DNA from: an uncultured archaeon
GTDB taxonomy: Archaea > Asgardarchaeota > Lokiarchaeia > Sigyniarchaeales > SOKP01
Length of the DNA stretch: 64,000 nucleotides
Direction of reading: 5' to 3'
Assembly (NCBI GenBank): GCA_964486045.1
Contig: CAZALK010000011.1
Location: 112,526-176,525 of the forward strand
This document shows, piece after piece, positions 21,399 through 32,498 of this stretch. Below the pieces are notes generated by a model. That model saw only the letters and a list, made by a program, of their open reading frames with translations, ran no database searches and was not told the origin of the DNA. Both the position numbers and the translations under genes were made by a program. Each line of letters begins with the position of its first letter. Position 1 is the first letter of the stretch.

Positions 21399-24300
21399 TT
21401 ACTCTAATTTTGCTGGTACGATAAGCCCTTTTTCTCTTAAAGATATAATTGTGCTAATAATTTCATCTCTTGATGCCTTCCTCGCGGCTAAAGAGAGATT
21501 TAATAGGCTTGAAATGAAGATTGTTTTCCTTTCTTTTTGAATTTCTGCGGCCATTTCCACAAGATCCTTTTCTAAGCCCTTAAGTTTAATAACTCCGTAA
21601 TGTCGGCCCAATTTTAGAGGGTATAATAATGAAATGTTGAAGTGTTTTTCAATTAAATCATCAGATTGTCTGAATGGTGTAATATCACCAGTAAATCCTT
21701 TTAGTACTCCTGCAAATCTTTTCTCAAAGTGATCAGTAAATAACCATTGATTTTCTTTTAATTTTACACTAGGTTTCCCTTCTAATACTAAAGCTACTCT
21801 TACATATGATCCATCAGTTATAACAATTTTAAAATCAATATAGTCCATTTCAAATCCAGTTCTTTCAACTGTGGTAATTGTGCTCTTTTTAATTTCACTT
21901 TTAAAGGCGGAAATTGCTTGTAAGAACCCCGAAATGAGATCAGAATCTATGTCTTCAAATGAAATCTGTTTATGATATATGGAAACGCCTACTTCTTTAG
22001 AAATGATCATTATGTAAGATATTTTAACCAAATCATCTAAGACAGTAGCGTCATCAGCCCAAATTCTTCTTTTTCTGGATTTCATGATATATCTTACTGT
22101 GATGAATGTACTTATAACAGCGATGCCTAAGATTATAAATGGCAGATATTGGGTGAATGCTTCCATAAACTGGGTAAATTCATTTATTACTCTTAAACTC
22201 TCTGAAGATATTTCAGCACTAGCATAAATTCCTTTTTGGGCAAAAGATACTTGGATCGTGAAACCTGTTCCTAAATTTTGTAGAATCAAGGATGCAGAAG
22301 CAATTCCTTCTTCATTCGACCTTGAAGCAACCTCGTAAATTACGTTATTCTGGGTACCTAAAAGCTTGAATATAAGCTCAACTGATTCCAAAGGATTGCC
22401 TAGCCCATCAGTCACTTTCACTGAAAAGTAATACACTCCTGTTAGATATTGAATATTGGGTGTTTCTACAAATTGTATATTAACACCTAATCTTTCTTCA
22501 ATGTCAAGGGAAAACTCCTCGCTATAACCATCTATCCTATAATTTCCCTCAAATTCAATTGTTATATTTAAGTTTCCACTAAAACTGTCTGGAACGGTAT
22601 AGTTTAGCGATGTTTCATAATTAGTGTCAATATATCTTGTAAAAGGTTGTGTTAACGTCTCATATTTTATTGAGAATTTAACTGGAAAACCTTCAAATGA
22701 TATCGAACTATTTTCACAAGAAAAATCTAAATCAAGGAAAATTTCTTGACCAAATCGAATAGTTCCTGGCAAGGGGTCATAAGTAAAATTTGATCTCCAC
22801 TTGGAAACATTTATTTGTGCTACATCTATGGAAAGAAATGCATGCGTTTGATTAGATTTCACCCAATATGTTTTTAAATAATATTTTTCAATGTTTAAAG
22901 TAGTATCAAGGACATTCCATTTAAAAGATGTTGAATTCTCTAATGCTGTTTCATTTAAGATATCGTAATCACTAAAAATCATAGATGAACTTTCGCTATA
23001 AACTTCAAAATTTACTTCACCTCCATAATATAACGGGATGGAAGCATTAGCAACCATAACTTGATCAATTTTGATCTCTCCTGTTACACTATAATTCATA
23101 TTCAGAATCGACATTGAAGAATTCATTCCAATTTTCCAAAGGCCATCTGAAATATTTAATAAAGTTATAGTTTTAAAGACATTATCAGATTGATTCGTCC
23201 AATACCATCCACCGTTAACAATAGGGGGAGAACTTGAAAAATTATAAACGTCTAAAATTAACCATTCTGAGGGGATATTAAATTGTAAACCCCTACTTTC
23301 ATCTATATTAGCATAATAAGAATAATAATTAATATCAGCACTTACATTCCATAATATTTTAGGATTATTTTGAGTTAATAAATATTCCCAATCGCAATTT
23401 TGAGAATTTTCTATAGTATAAATTCCACTAACATCGAATTGAACTTCTGGCCAAAGAGATGTAATATTAAAATAATAAAATCCTTGAGTCGGGAAACCAT
23501 CATATATATCCATTTCCCATAATCCATTATCTGAAACTCCGATACCAAAATTTTTTAATTGTATTTGGGGGGCTTTAAGTGTGCTGCTATTTATACCAAA
23601 ACCTATTTTAGAAGCTATGTCTGAAGAAAAAGCATTTTGTATATGAAAATTAAGAGTAAATTCGTCAATTGAGACATTTATTCCCTTAAATGTACCATTT
23701 CCTATAAATCGAAGTCTAACTCTTAAAGAATTATCCTCACTTTCATTTAATAGATGCATTACATACCAAGAGTAGTAGGAATCAAAGGGTAAGATTTTTG
23801 TATCTTCCCCTATATCTGCAAAAGTTTTATTATCACTAAATTGAGGCCATTCAATTCCATAAAATGGAGTAAAGTTACCCCCATTATAAATTTCTAACAT
23901 TGCGTGTGTAAGATTTGTAGTGTCTGAAATGCTAACATTAGAACTAATCCGGAAGTCAATTTGGTAGATTCTAGGGTTCGGTAAACGAAATATCCAATCT
24001 AAAGGATCGTCAACATCCCATAATGAGCTGTCTAAATTTTGTAATATATTAAATCTAAAATCAATAGATGTGGTGTTTGAAGTTGAATTACCAATAACTT
24101 CAAGAAACAAGTTATCATTTTCTTTAAGTGAATCAACTATTTCATCATTATCAGTATTAATGGTGCCATTTAACACAGTTACGTTACTCGCATAATGTAA
24201 TTCCTTTACTATTGGATCGTACTTTTGAATAGTTGTAATGGGTTTTATCTCTCCTACTTCGATATTAAATAAATTTACTGAAATATTATGAAAATCATTA

Positions 24301-25712
24301 TTTCCAAGAGCAATATATTCAAACATAAATCTTAGTGAATTGTTCCCACCTGCAGAGGTATTCATCATCTGTATGAAGAATAGTTTTTCATCAGGGTCTA
24401 TAGCTGTGTAGAACTGTAAAAATTCATCCTGTTGTGTAAGATTAATTATGGATTGAGATATTCTATAAAATTCATCCTTAACAGGATTATTTATATACAG
24501 CCAAGAATTTTCTATTAAGGTAGAATCACTCACATTTAGAGCATATGAAAAATTCATACTAAAAACAATGCTATTCAATAAATTTTTCCATTCAAAAGGG
24601 CTCGTGAATTTTATAGTCTTTAAATCATCCCAAGTATAATCTGAGTTTGTTAAGTTGTCAATATCAACTTTAACTTCTAATTTTATCCTCTGCCTTCCAC
24701 TACTGCTTATACTTTTAACACGAAATCTATTTTCATCAAAATTTCTAAACGAAGAAATATTTCCTGTTACGTATTCTCCAATTTTGGTTTGGTTTTTTAC
24801 CACATCTTCATTAAAATAACCCAAATCAATAAATTGTGGAGATTGAGCAAAAGTTTCCCCCTCACCTATATCATTTGGATCACTCCCATCTGGATTTAAA
24901 TAGAGGAATTTTGGACCTCCTCCAGTTCGCCAATCATTTGGGGGCATTTTTATTTTAAATGCATACCAGTATTTTGTTATTCCGTCAATGAGTGTCCAAT
25001 TTGTTTTCGATGTATTGAGAAAAATGGGACCTATTCCTGAGTTTTTAAAATCAAACACTTCCCAGTGGGCCACAATATCATTGGGGTGAGGTTTTCTTAG
25101 CATTCCTAATGTGTCATTTGAGTTAGGCGTGCCAAGGAGGTCATTTGAACAATTCACAATAGATACTTCCCACGAGTTCTCGTCTGTATAGGAAACGGAA
25201 TCGATTATGTCTTGAATGAATATGCTTACATTATTCACATATTGATCCGTCTCCACCGCAAATTTCTGATATACATATATAGGTTCTGTCTCGGAATAAC
25301 TCATAATAAATTCTGTTGGTTCGGTTTCAATATTTCTTGTATAATTAATTGCTGTCAAATTTTCAAAAACCATCCTTGCATGTGTGATATTCCAATTTTG
25401 TAAAAACAAATATGGTTGACTGTCTAATCCTGGTTGGTATCTATTAATATAAGAATCACTACTTAAAACCGTTACATTAGTAAAAATTTTTCCATTCCTA
25501 TCAGAAATTATTCCATCTATTTCATTTTGAGGATTTATAGCCCCAACATTTAAATTCGTAGGCTCTCGCCTCTCAAAAACATCATTTTTCTCTACAGCTG
25601 AAGATTTGTGATAATTAAAAAGAAAAGATATGATTATTATATTAAAAAACATCATAAAAATAACGATAAAAGTTTTAAAGTTCTTAGTTTTATTCATATT
25701 AAAGATCCCCAT
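21399..25712 (-). CDS. Large single-pass cell-surface protein with a cytoplasmic longin-like domain
   Basis: Signal anchor, ~1150-aa beta-rich ectodomain, TM (LPFIILGIAVISTFITV), then ISKEVGVSIY...DLISGFLQAISAF. Confidence 0.75.
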   Translation of the reverse strand: MGIFNMNKTKNFKTFIVIFMMFFNIIIISFLFNYHKSSAVEKNDVFERREPTNLNVGAINPQNEIDGIISDRNGKIFTNVTVLSSDSYINRYQPGLDSQPYLFLQNWNITHARMVFENLTAINYTRNIETEPTEFIMSYSETEPIYVYQKFAVETDQYVNNVSIFIQDIIDSVSYTDENSWEVSIVNCSNDLLGTPNSNDTLGMLRKPHPNDIVAHWEVFDFKNSGIGPIFLNTSKTNWTLIDGITKYWYAFKIKMPPNDWRTGGGPKFLYLNPDGSDPNDIGEGETFAQSPQFIDLGYFNEDVVKNQTKIGEYVTGNISSFRNFDENRFRVKSISSSGRQRIKLEVKVDIDNLTNSDYTWDDLKTIKFTSPFEWKNLLNSIVFSMNFSYALNVSDSTLIENSWLYINNPVKDEFYRISQSIINLTQQDEFLQFYTAIDPDEKLFFIQMMNTSAGGNNSLRFMFEYIALGNNDFHNISVNLFNIEVGEIKPITTIQKYDPIVKELHYASNVTVLNGTINTDNDEIVDSLKENDNLFLEVIGNSTSNTTSIDFRFNILQNLDSSLWDVDDPLDWIFRLPNPRIYQIDFRISSNVSISDTTNLTHAMLEIYNGGNFTPFYGIEWPQFSDNKTFADIGEDTKILPFDSYYSWYVMHLLNESEDNSLRVRLRFIGNGTFKGINVSIDEFTLNFHIQNAFSSDIASKIGFGINSSTLKAPQIQLKNFGIGVSDNGLWEMDIYDGFPTQGFYYFNITSLWPEVQFDVSGIYTIENSQNCDWEYLLTQNNPKILWNVSADINYYSYYANIDESRGLQFNIPSEWLILDVYNFSSSPPIVNGGWYWTNQSDNVFKTITLLNISDGLWKIGMNSSMSILNMNYSVTGEIKIDQVMVANASIPLYYGGEVNFEVYSESSSMIFSDYDILNETALENSTSFKWNVLDTTLNIEKYYLKTYWVKSNQTHAFLSIDVAQINVSKWRSNFTYDPLPGTIRFGQEIFLDLDFSCENSSISFEGFPVKFSIKYETLTQPFTRYIDTNYETSLNYTVPDSFSGNLNITIEFEGNYRIDGYSEEFSLDIEERLGVNIQFVETPNIQYLTGVYYFSVKVTDGLGNPLESVELIFKLLGTQNNVIYEVASRSNEEGIASASLILQNLGTGFTIQVSFAQKGIYASAEISSESLRVINEFTQFMEAFTQYLPFIILGIAVISTFITVRYIMKSRKRRIWADDATVLDDLVKISYIMIISKEVGVSIYHKQISFEDIDSDLISGFLQAISAFKSEIKKSTITTVERTGFEMDYIDFKIVITDGSYVRVALVLEGKPSVKLKENQWLFTDHFEKRFAGVLKGFTGDITPFRQSDDLIEKHFNISLLYPLKLGRHYGVIKLKGLEKDLVEMAAEIQKERKTIFISSLLNLSLAARKASRDEIISTIISLREKGLIVPAKLE

Positions 25713-25846
25713 AAATAATAAACATAATTTTCTGAATATTATTTAAACATTATATGATTGATTATCCTTTTAAGAGTAAGTTTTCTATTATAATAGAAAT
25801 TGTAAAATAGGACATATTTGAAACAATTCAGTGGACATTTTAATGG

Positions 25847-27085
25847 TTATTCTAATACATCCTTGATAAGCAAATCCAATTCTTCTTCTGAGAGAAAATT
25901 TTTCTGAGTTATGATTTCTTGTATTTTTTCTATGATCTTTTTTATGGATTGTTCAAAATTTTGATAACCTAACTGTTTACATTTCGTTTTGATTGCATCT
26001 CCATGTAAAGTAGTAGGGCCAAATATTACGTGTTCTTCTTGTCCGACAACTTCAGGCCGGTAGGGAGTAAAACACATCCAAAATTTATCTTTCTCTAACG
26101 CACTCATCACATGAAGTTCACTCTCGTGTAAAAAAGTATTTCTACCAACAACTGGTTTGTTATAGGGCAATGGAACCCCAGATAATTTCTCGATAAATTT
26201 ACTTAGATTATATAGTTTAGAAAGGTCAATACCAGTATCTATTCCGTAAAGCATTTCTAAGGCAACAACAACTTCCTCTAATGACGAATTACCTGCTCTG
26301 TCTCCAAGTTTATTCACAACAAGATCCATAAAAGTTGCACCTTGTTCAACAGCTGCTATTGTTGAAGCTATTCCTAAACTAAAATCATCATGGACATGAA
26401 TACCTACAGGAATGTCCTTGATAACAGGTTTGAGTTGGTGATACAGATAAGAAATTGCTGAAATGTTACACGCACCAACGGTATCATACAACATCACCAT
26501 TTTAACCCCATTTTCTATTCCTTGCTCTATAGCTTTTATTAAGGTTGAAAGATTAGATCTCGTAGCGTCAACACAATCTAATATAGCATTAGCACCTAAT
26601 TTCTTGATCCTTTTTAAAATAGAGGGTATAATCGAAATCATAACATCTGGAGTAATCTTATTATCGTGAGTAAATAATTGAAGTTGCCAATCTGTCAAGA
26701 CAACCCCAAATCCTATATAATCAATTTTTGCTTCCAACGATTTTTCAATCTCTGTAATCCATCTTGAAGGATTTGAGCTTAAATGCGAATAAGTTTGTAA
26801 TTTTATTCCCAATTCTTTAATTTGGTTAGCCAAATCCCATTGATCTTTGACTTGTCCAATATAGCTACAGTCTATATGCCCTACTCCTATATCTTCTAAT
26901 TTTTCTACAATTTTTATCTTCTGATCTAACGTGTAGTAGATACCTGGAGTCTCTTCTCCTTCTCTTATTGTAGAATCTCTTACGTAAACCTTTTCTGGAA
27001 GATTAAAGGATTTTAATACTTTTTCGCTGTAATTAAAAGGTGAAACCCACCATCTCTTGTTAAACCATTTACTTTCTTTTGTCAT
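25847..27085 (-). CDS. LeuA/AksA/CimA-type (DRE-TIM) synthase lacking a regulatory domain
   Basis: DSTIREGEE, YDTVG, HVHDD, LGDRAGN, F.HES.LH. Confidence 0.85.
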   Translation of the reverse strand: MTKESKWFNKRWWVSPFNYSEKVLKSFNLPEKVYVRDSTIREGEETPGIYYTLDQKIKIVEKLEDIGVGHIDCSYIGQVKDQWDLANQIKELGIKLQTYSHLSSNPSRWITEIEKSLEAKIDYIGFGVVLTDWQLQLFTHDNKITPDVMISIIPSILKRIKKLGANAILDCVDATRSNLSTLIKAIEQGIENGVKMVMLYDTVGACNISAISYLYHQLKPVIKDIPVGIHVHDDFSLGIASTIAAVEQGATFMDLVVNKLGDRAGNSSLEEVVVALEMLYGIDTGIDLSKLYNLSKFIEKLSGVPLPYNKPVVGRNTFLHESELHVMSALEKDKFWMCFTPYRPEVVGQEEHVIFGPTTLHGDAIKTKCKQLGYQNFEQSIKKIIEKIQEIITQKNFLSEEELDLLIKDVLE

Positions 27086-27199
27086 TAAATTCCCTTTTTA
27101 CATTTAAATCTAATATTAAATAAAAAAATATTAATATTTTTCCATTACTCACTATTATGTAATAAATTTACCTAATAAGTACCAAAGAAGTGGATTATT

Positions 27200-27973
27200 A
27201 TGTGGTTAATACTACTAGTCTGGCTTGTTGTAATTTTCGTTTCAACAATATTTATTAGCCAATATATCAAAACCCAAAAGAGAGAAGACGTTGCAATAGC
27301 ATTTTATGTTTTATTTTTAGCTATGTCTCAGATACTTGCAGCTAAGATTGGAGATTTTAGCATTGGTAGTTTCACGATAACAGCGCCCGTTGCTGTTCTT
27401 ATATTTCCCTTCACATTTCAAATTACAGACATGGTAAATGAAAACTTTGGGCAAAGAGCCACACATAGAATGATATTCATCGCTTTCATCACTCAAATAT
27501 TTATGGCTATTTTTATTTGGTTTAGTGTTGAAATGAATGCTGCTAATTTTTGGGGTTTTGATTGGGGCAGTAATCCTGTTGAAGCTCAGCAATTTTGGAG
27601 TAACTTTCTCGGTTCAACCATACGAATTATTGCAGCTTCTTGGATCTCTTTCTTAATAACTGAAAATTTAGATGCTTTTTTGTTTGCGAAGATTAAAAAA
27701 TTAACAAACTCCAAAAATTTATGGATAAGGAATGTGTTTAGTGATATCCCAACTCTAGCTTTAGACAGTCTAATTTTTGTTAGCATTGCTTTTGGGGGCC
27801 TCTTTCCATTAGAAATGTTTTATTCTATAATTTGGGGGCAGATACTAACGAAATGGTTCTTTGGTGTAATTGACACTCCTTTTATGTATCTCTCTCGTAG
27901 CATTATAGATGGAAAGATTGATTTTTTTGGTAAAATTGCTAGTTTAATCCCTGCTAAAAAAATTTCAGACTAA
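27200..27973 (+). CDS. yhhQ: Queuosine/archaeosine precursor transporter (YhhQ/VUT family)
   Basis: FPFTFQITDMVNENFG, WIRNVFS, DSLIF, DTPFMY. Confidence 0.85.
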   Translation: MWLILLVWLVVIFVSTIFISQYIKTQKREDVAIAFYVLFLAMSQILAAKIGDFSIGSFTITAPVAVLIFPFTFQITDMVNENFGQRATHRMIFIAFITQIFMAIFIWFSVEMNAANFWGFDWGSNPVEAQQFWSNFLGSTIRIIAASWISFLITENLDAFLFAKIKKLTNSKNLWIRNVFSDIPTLALDSLIFVSIAFGGLFPLEMFYSIIWGQILTKWFFGVIDTPFMYLSRSIIDGKIDFFGKIASLIPAKKISD

Positions 27974-28002
27974 AAATTCAAAAAATAAAAATAAAATTTA
28001 AT

Positions 28003-29205
28003 TTATATTTGTACTAAGTCATATTCTAATGATCCTAATTTATTTCTAGCTGCAGCATTGAGTGTTATAGTTGGATCTACCATTGGGTTCATAGCTTTGA
28101 ATTTTTCGATTCCTGGTGAAATTGGAATACTCCATGTACCATCAGATTTTAATACAGGAAGACCTGGGGCGTTTGTTTCAGCATCTACACAAGCCTTATC
28201 AATCGCTAGAGGATCAGATGATCCAAAAATTCCCAGATCAGGGACAACCGGCATGCTAGGATTCGCAGCACAATCACACATTAATGGAATGTCAAAAGCA
28301 AAATTAATATATCTAATATTTTCAGGGCCAAAAGTAATCACGCCAGTAGCCATATCAATAAATCGCTCAACAAATTTAGCACCAAGATTCACTGAGGATC
28401 TTTTTATAACTCTTTCAACAGGACATGTAGATATACAATTCAAACATCCATAGCAAATGGAATCATCAATTACTGCTTTTTCACTCTCGATTGTAATTGC
28501 ATCAACTGGGCAAGATTTAACACAATCTTGTTTACATAATGCAAGATCACATCTTTTATTATTTACTTTTGGTATACTATCAACATGAGCTAGGTATTTA
28601 CCGTGCTTAGAGACACAACCTATTCCAAGTTGCTTAAATGCTCCTCCAAAACCCGCTAATGGATGCCCCTTAAAATGAGAGATAACAACAAGCTTGTTAA
28701 ACTCAAAAAGACCTGCAGCTACGGGAATTTCATTGAAATGAATTCCATTAATTTCTACGATTTTTCTATCTGTACCCTCTTTTCCATCAATAAAATGCAA
28801 TGGAGCACCCGTTATTGATTCAGTGTATCCATGTAGATGAGCAATCTTTAGATGGTCTTCAGAATTTCTACGATGCGCTAGAGAAATTGTATATTCCTCA
28901 TTAATTCCGACATGACTAATATTATTTCCTAATCCTTGAGTTTCAATGAGTGTTGAACTACCTCCTTTAGATTTAATAGCTTTAACTACTTCCCGCACAT
29001 AATCTGGACGTAAATATCTTGTATTATGTGACTCGCCTACATGAACTTTTACTCCCACTTTATCTCCTGAGTTGATGTTATCTAAAATTTTATCTAAAAC
29101 TAAACGAGTTTTCACTAAATTATTTGTTACCATATTTTTAGCATCATTAGGCATAGCCGCCACCTCTATAGGAGATGCCCAATATACTTTAGATTTGCTT
29201 CCCAT
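28003..29205 (-). CDS. DUF362 domain protein with inserted ferredoxin
   Basis: VKVHVGE, SHFKGH..AGFGGAFKQLGIGC, two ferredoxin Cys motifs, CDC, DPLAIDKAC. Confidence 0.88.
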   Translation of the reverse strand: MGSKSKVYWASPIEVAAMPNDAKNMVTNNLVKTRLVLDKILDNINSGDKVGVKVHVGESHNTRYLRPDYVREVVKAIKSKGGSSTLIETQGLGNNISHVGINEEYTISLAHRRNSEDHLKIAHLHGYTESITGAPLHFIDGKEGTDRKIVEINGIHFNEIPVAAGLFEFNKLVVISHFKGHPLAGFGGAFKQLGIGCVSKHGKYLAHVDSIPKVNNKRCDLALCKQDCVKSCPVDAITIESEKAVIDDSICYGCLNCISTCPVERVIKRSSVNLGAKFVERFIDMATGVITFGPENIRYINFAFDIPLMCDCAANPSMPVVPDLGIFGSSDPLAIDKACVDAETNAPGLPVLKSDGTWSIPISPGIEKFKAMNPMVDPTITLNAAARNKLGSLEYDLVQI

Positions 29206-29324
29206 AATTATTTTACACCTTACTATTATTTGTAAATCTTATTAATTAGGAAAAAAGAGTGAATATTAATAAAAGTCTTTTATAATGATAGCGAAACTAA
29301 CTTTATTGGTTAATTCAAATTCAG

Positions 29325-30203
29325 CTACATTGTTGTATTGAATTCTTCCTTTGAGAAGCCAAATGATTTTAAGGTGTTCTCAGCATTAATAATGATATCG
29401 TTAATTAAATCTTTAATAGAAACTATTCCAGTTTGAAATCCGATTGCGGGTGAAGGAACACCAGTGCCTCCCAATCTCGAATGATAGAGCCTTTTATGAT
29501 AGTCTTCGGTGAAAATGTCCGTATTTACCCAATTTTCCTTTTTTCCCTCCGAAAACGGACTTTCCTTTGTAGTTAAAATTGCTGTTCCTAGACAAACAGC
29601 ATCAGCACCCATTGTTAACGCACCAAGGAAACCACGACCATCCCCTATTCCGCCAGCAGCGATTAATGGGACCTTCAGTAATCTTCTCCCCATCGTTAAA
29701 TTAACTAAAGTTGAGTGTTGAAACGGATTCTTATCTCCCGAAGATTCCATGCCCATAAGCGTTATTGCATCTGCTCCTGCTCTTTCTACAGATAATGCAT
29801 GCCTTATTAATGGAACCTTGGGAAACCAATAACAACCTGCTTCATGGACTCGTTCGCCAATATATGGAGCTGGATAAGATGAGGTAGTAAATATCTTCAC
29901 CCCAGCATCTATGGCAATCTCAATATATTTTAAATATTCCTCTTTATTTGCTTCGGCCTCCGCACTCCCTCGAGGACGACCAACTGTTAAGTTCACACCG
30001 AAAGGTTTATCAGTTAATTCTCTCATTTTTTGTAATTCTTTTTTAAATTCATTTGTTTCATAATTAAGAGCTGTAACAGTTCCGAAACCTCCTGCGTTTG
30101 AAAATGAGGCAGCAAATTCAGTTATTCCATGTCTCCAAAATGCAGCCATTATCAGAGGGTATTTAGTTTTAGTTAATTTTGTAATCCTTGTATTCCAAAT
30201 CAT
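29325..30203 (-). CDS. Nitronate monooxygenase / FabK-like flavoprotein
   Basis: TDKPFGVN, PLIAAGGIGDGRG, GADAVCLGT. Confidence 0.88.
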   Translation of the reverse strand: MIWNTRITKLTKTKYPLIMAAFWRHGITEFAASFSNAGGFGTVTALNYETNEFKKELQKMRELTDKPFGVNLTVGRPRGSAEAEANKEEYLKYIEIAIDAGVKIFTTSSYPAPYIGERVHEAGCYWFPKVPLIRHALSVERAGADAITLMGMESSGDKNPFQHSTLVNLTMGRRLLKVPLIAAGGIGDGRGFLGALTMGADAVCLGTAILTTKESPFSEGKKENWVNTDIFTEDYHKRLYHSRLGGTGVPSPAIGFQTGIVSIKDLINDIIINAENTLKSFGFSKEEFNTTM

Positions 30204-30304
30204 TAAATTTTTTCACTTTAAGGTATTTTAATATTTCAAAAAGTTGAAATTCTAAAAAACTTAATTATTGAAATTCATACTCTCTTTTTCTATTAGAATC
30301 AACA

Positions 30305-31288
30305 TTAAGCGGTTGAATTTCTTAGGGTAATTATTATTTGCTCCAATTCCCTGTATTGACTTGGATAGAATCGTTTAAAAATTTTAAGCCAGTCTATACC
30401 GATTATTGCTCCTGCGCAAAAACTAAGAAGATAGCCTAAATTTACTATAAATTCATGGGTTAAAATTTCTTTCGGTAGGAAATCATTACCATAAATAACC
30501 ATGAGGAATGAAATACTAGTAATAAATAATCCAAATGGAAAAATATTTAATTTACGGAGCCTAAAAAAGTGAAGATCATCCTTAGTAATAGAATTGAATG
30601 CTGAAGCATCAGAATTTTGCTTAATATTTGACTTTTTGACTTTTTGGAGAAATTTCAACCTAACCAGATCATGGAAATCTCGAAATGCAAAAAAACTTCC
30701 AAAAAAAAGAAAGAAGTATAAAAACAGCATAATTATGGCCAAAAAAACTTTATATTCCTTCCAAAAAATTTCTAATAGTATCATGTTAAATCGAATGACA
30801 TAAAAAAATGAAGCTAATATTAGTAAAATGAGACCTAACAAGCTCTCATGTAAGTGGTACTTTCCAATAAAGTTTCCCTCAAATTTTTTGGTAATTTTTT
30901 TAATATAATGAACGATAAAAAGGATGATGCCTGGGGGAACAATAGCAGTTGATATGAAAAAAATGATTTCTTGAAAGTTTATTAAATAAGCGGAACCTAA
31001 CTCAACTTCAAGAGTATTTTGTAAATGAATTACATTCCAGGCAATAATTCCAAAAACTACAAAGAAAAGAAATACCTTTCTATAAATGTTGATATTTATC
31101 ATAAAATTCAGAATTAGCAACAAGAAACTTAGCAAACTAAGTGTAATCCCTCTGCTTATGGTTAATTCCAAAGAATTTGGATAATAAATCTTCTTAAACT
31201 GAAAATAATTTAAAAAGGAAAAATAAATTAACAGAAAAAAACTAAAAATAACAACTGATTTTACTATTAATTTAATGCTTCTTCTCAT
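30305..31288 (-). CDS. Hypothetical multi-pass membrane protein
   Basis: About 8 hydrophobic segments; YHLHE motif. Confidence 0.7.
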   Translation of the reverse strand: MRRSIKLIVKSVVIFSFFLLIYFSFLNYFQFKKIYYPNSLELTISRGITLSLLSFLLLILNFMININIYRKVFLFFVVFGIIAWNVIHLQNTLEVELGSAYLINFQEIIFFISTAIVPPGIILFIVHYIKKITKKFEGNFIGKYHLHESLLGLILLILASFFYVIRFNMILLEIFWKEYKVFLAIIMLFLYFFLFFGSFFAFRDFHDLVRLKFLQKVKKSNIKQNSDASAFNSITKDDLHFFRLRKLNIFPFGLFITSISFLMVIYGNDFLPKEILTHEFIVNLGYLLSFCAGAIIGIDWLKIFKRFYPSQYRELEQIIITLRNSTA

Positions 31289-31448
31289 TAAAATTTATAA
31301 AATTAAATACTATTTATAGTGAATTAATTTTAATTTCGAATCTTCAAACTGTACTAATTAAAAAAAAATGTTTATAAATTTCTTCTTTATATTAGATATA
31401 AATTTGAAAAATTTTGATTTAAATGTAAAAACTACTGAGGTGGATTGA

Positions 31449-32420
31449 ATGTTAATTTTATTTCCTATAATTTTTGGTCTAATAAGCATTGTAATCTTTG
31501 TTTTTATCATAAGGTATATAATAATTACCGTCAGATGTTCTAGATGGCCTGTAGTTATAGGCGAAGTAATCTCTGCAGAAATGAAGGCAAAGTACAAGAA
31601 ATTGGCAGAATTCATGGAAGCTGCTCATACTGTAACTTCACTCTACCAACCAGATATAACCTATGAATATCAGATTAATGGAGAGAAATTTACTAATAAT
31701 CGAGTGAGACCAGTTGGCAGGAATGTCTGGAAGAAAACTCCTGTAGTACAACGGGTTTTAAATCTTTATCCTAAGGGCTCAAATGTACAAATTTTTTATA
31801 ATCCGGCAAATCCAAGTGATTCAGTATTAGATCCTTATATCCGGTTTTCCCCACTAGCTATCACTATACCAACAGCCATAATTTTCCTTGGATTGGGATT
31901 TTCCTTAAGTGGCAATAATATGCTGTTCGGGTGGGGCACAAATCTCATATCTTATGCATTATATACAGCATCTGTACTTATCTTCGTACAAAATATTAGG
32001 TATTTAGTAAAAGTGTTGAAGAGTAAGAAATGGCCTTATGTGGAAGGAGAAATAGAAGGGGTGCAGATTTATAGAAAAGCTTCTAGAAAAGGATCTACTA
32101 GAAAAGCATCTTATAATGTTGATATAACCTATACATATTATATTGAAGAACAGAAATACATGAATCATCAAATAAAACTTGATATCGTCCACGGCGCTCG
32201 CACTTTTGTTCCCAAACTCTTTGCGATGATGAAGATGGAGCGTTATGAGGAGGGCAAAAAAGTTAATGTCTACTATAATCCGCTGAAACCTTATGAATCC
32301 ATTTTGAAGCACGGATTAAGGATATTTACATTTATAATTATGATTATTACAGCTGTAGGATTGTTCATTCTTGGATTTTTTGCTATTCCAGCCATGATTA
32401 ATGCTATTACTACAAGCTAA
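31449..32420 (+). CDS. Tandem DUF3592-like membrane protein
   Basis: Two repeats of WP.V.GE...ITY.Y...V..YNP..P..S.L. Confidence 0.8.
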   Translation: MLILFPIIFGLISIVIFVFIIRYIIITVRCSRWPVVIGEVISAEMKAKYKKLAEFMEAAHTVTSLYQPDITYEYQINGEKFTNNRVRPVGRNVWKKTPVVQRVLNLYPKGSNVQIFYNPANPSDSVLDPYIRFSPLAITIPTAIIFLGLGFSLSGNNMLFGWGTNLISYALYTASVLIFVQNIRYLVKVLKSKKWPYVEGEIEGVQIYRKASRKGSTRKASYNVDITYTYYIEEQKYMNHQIKLDIVHGARTFVPKLFAMMKMERYEEGKKVNVYYNPLKPYESILKHGLRIFTFIIMIITAVGLFILGFFAIPAMINAITTS

Positions 32421-32498
32421 ACCGGTATTAATCCAGATGGATCTTGAAAGATTAAAATAATTGCTGATACAAGCTCAACAGCTAGTTGAAGTTAACTC

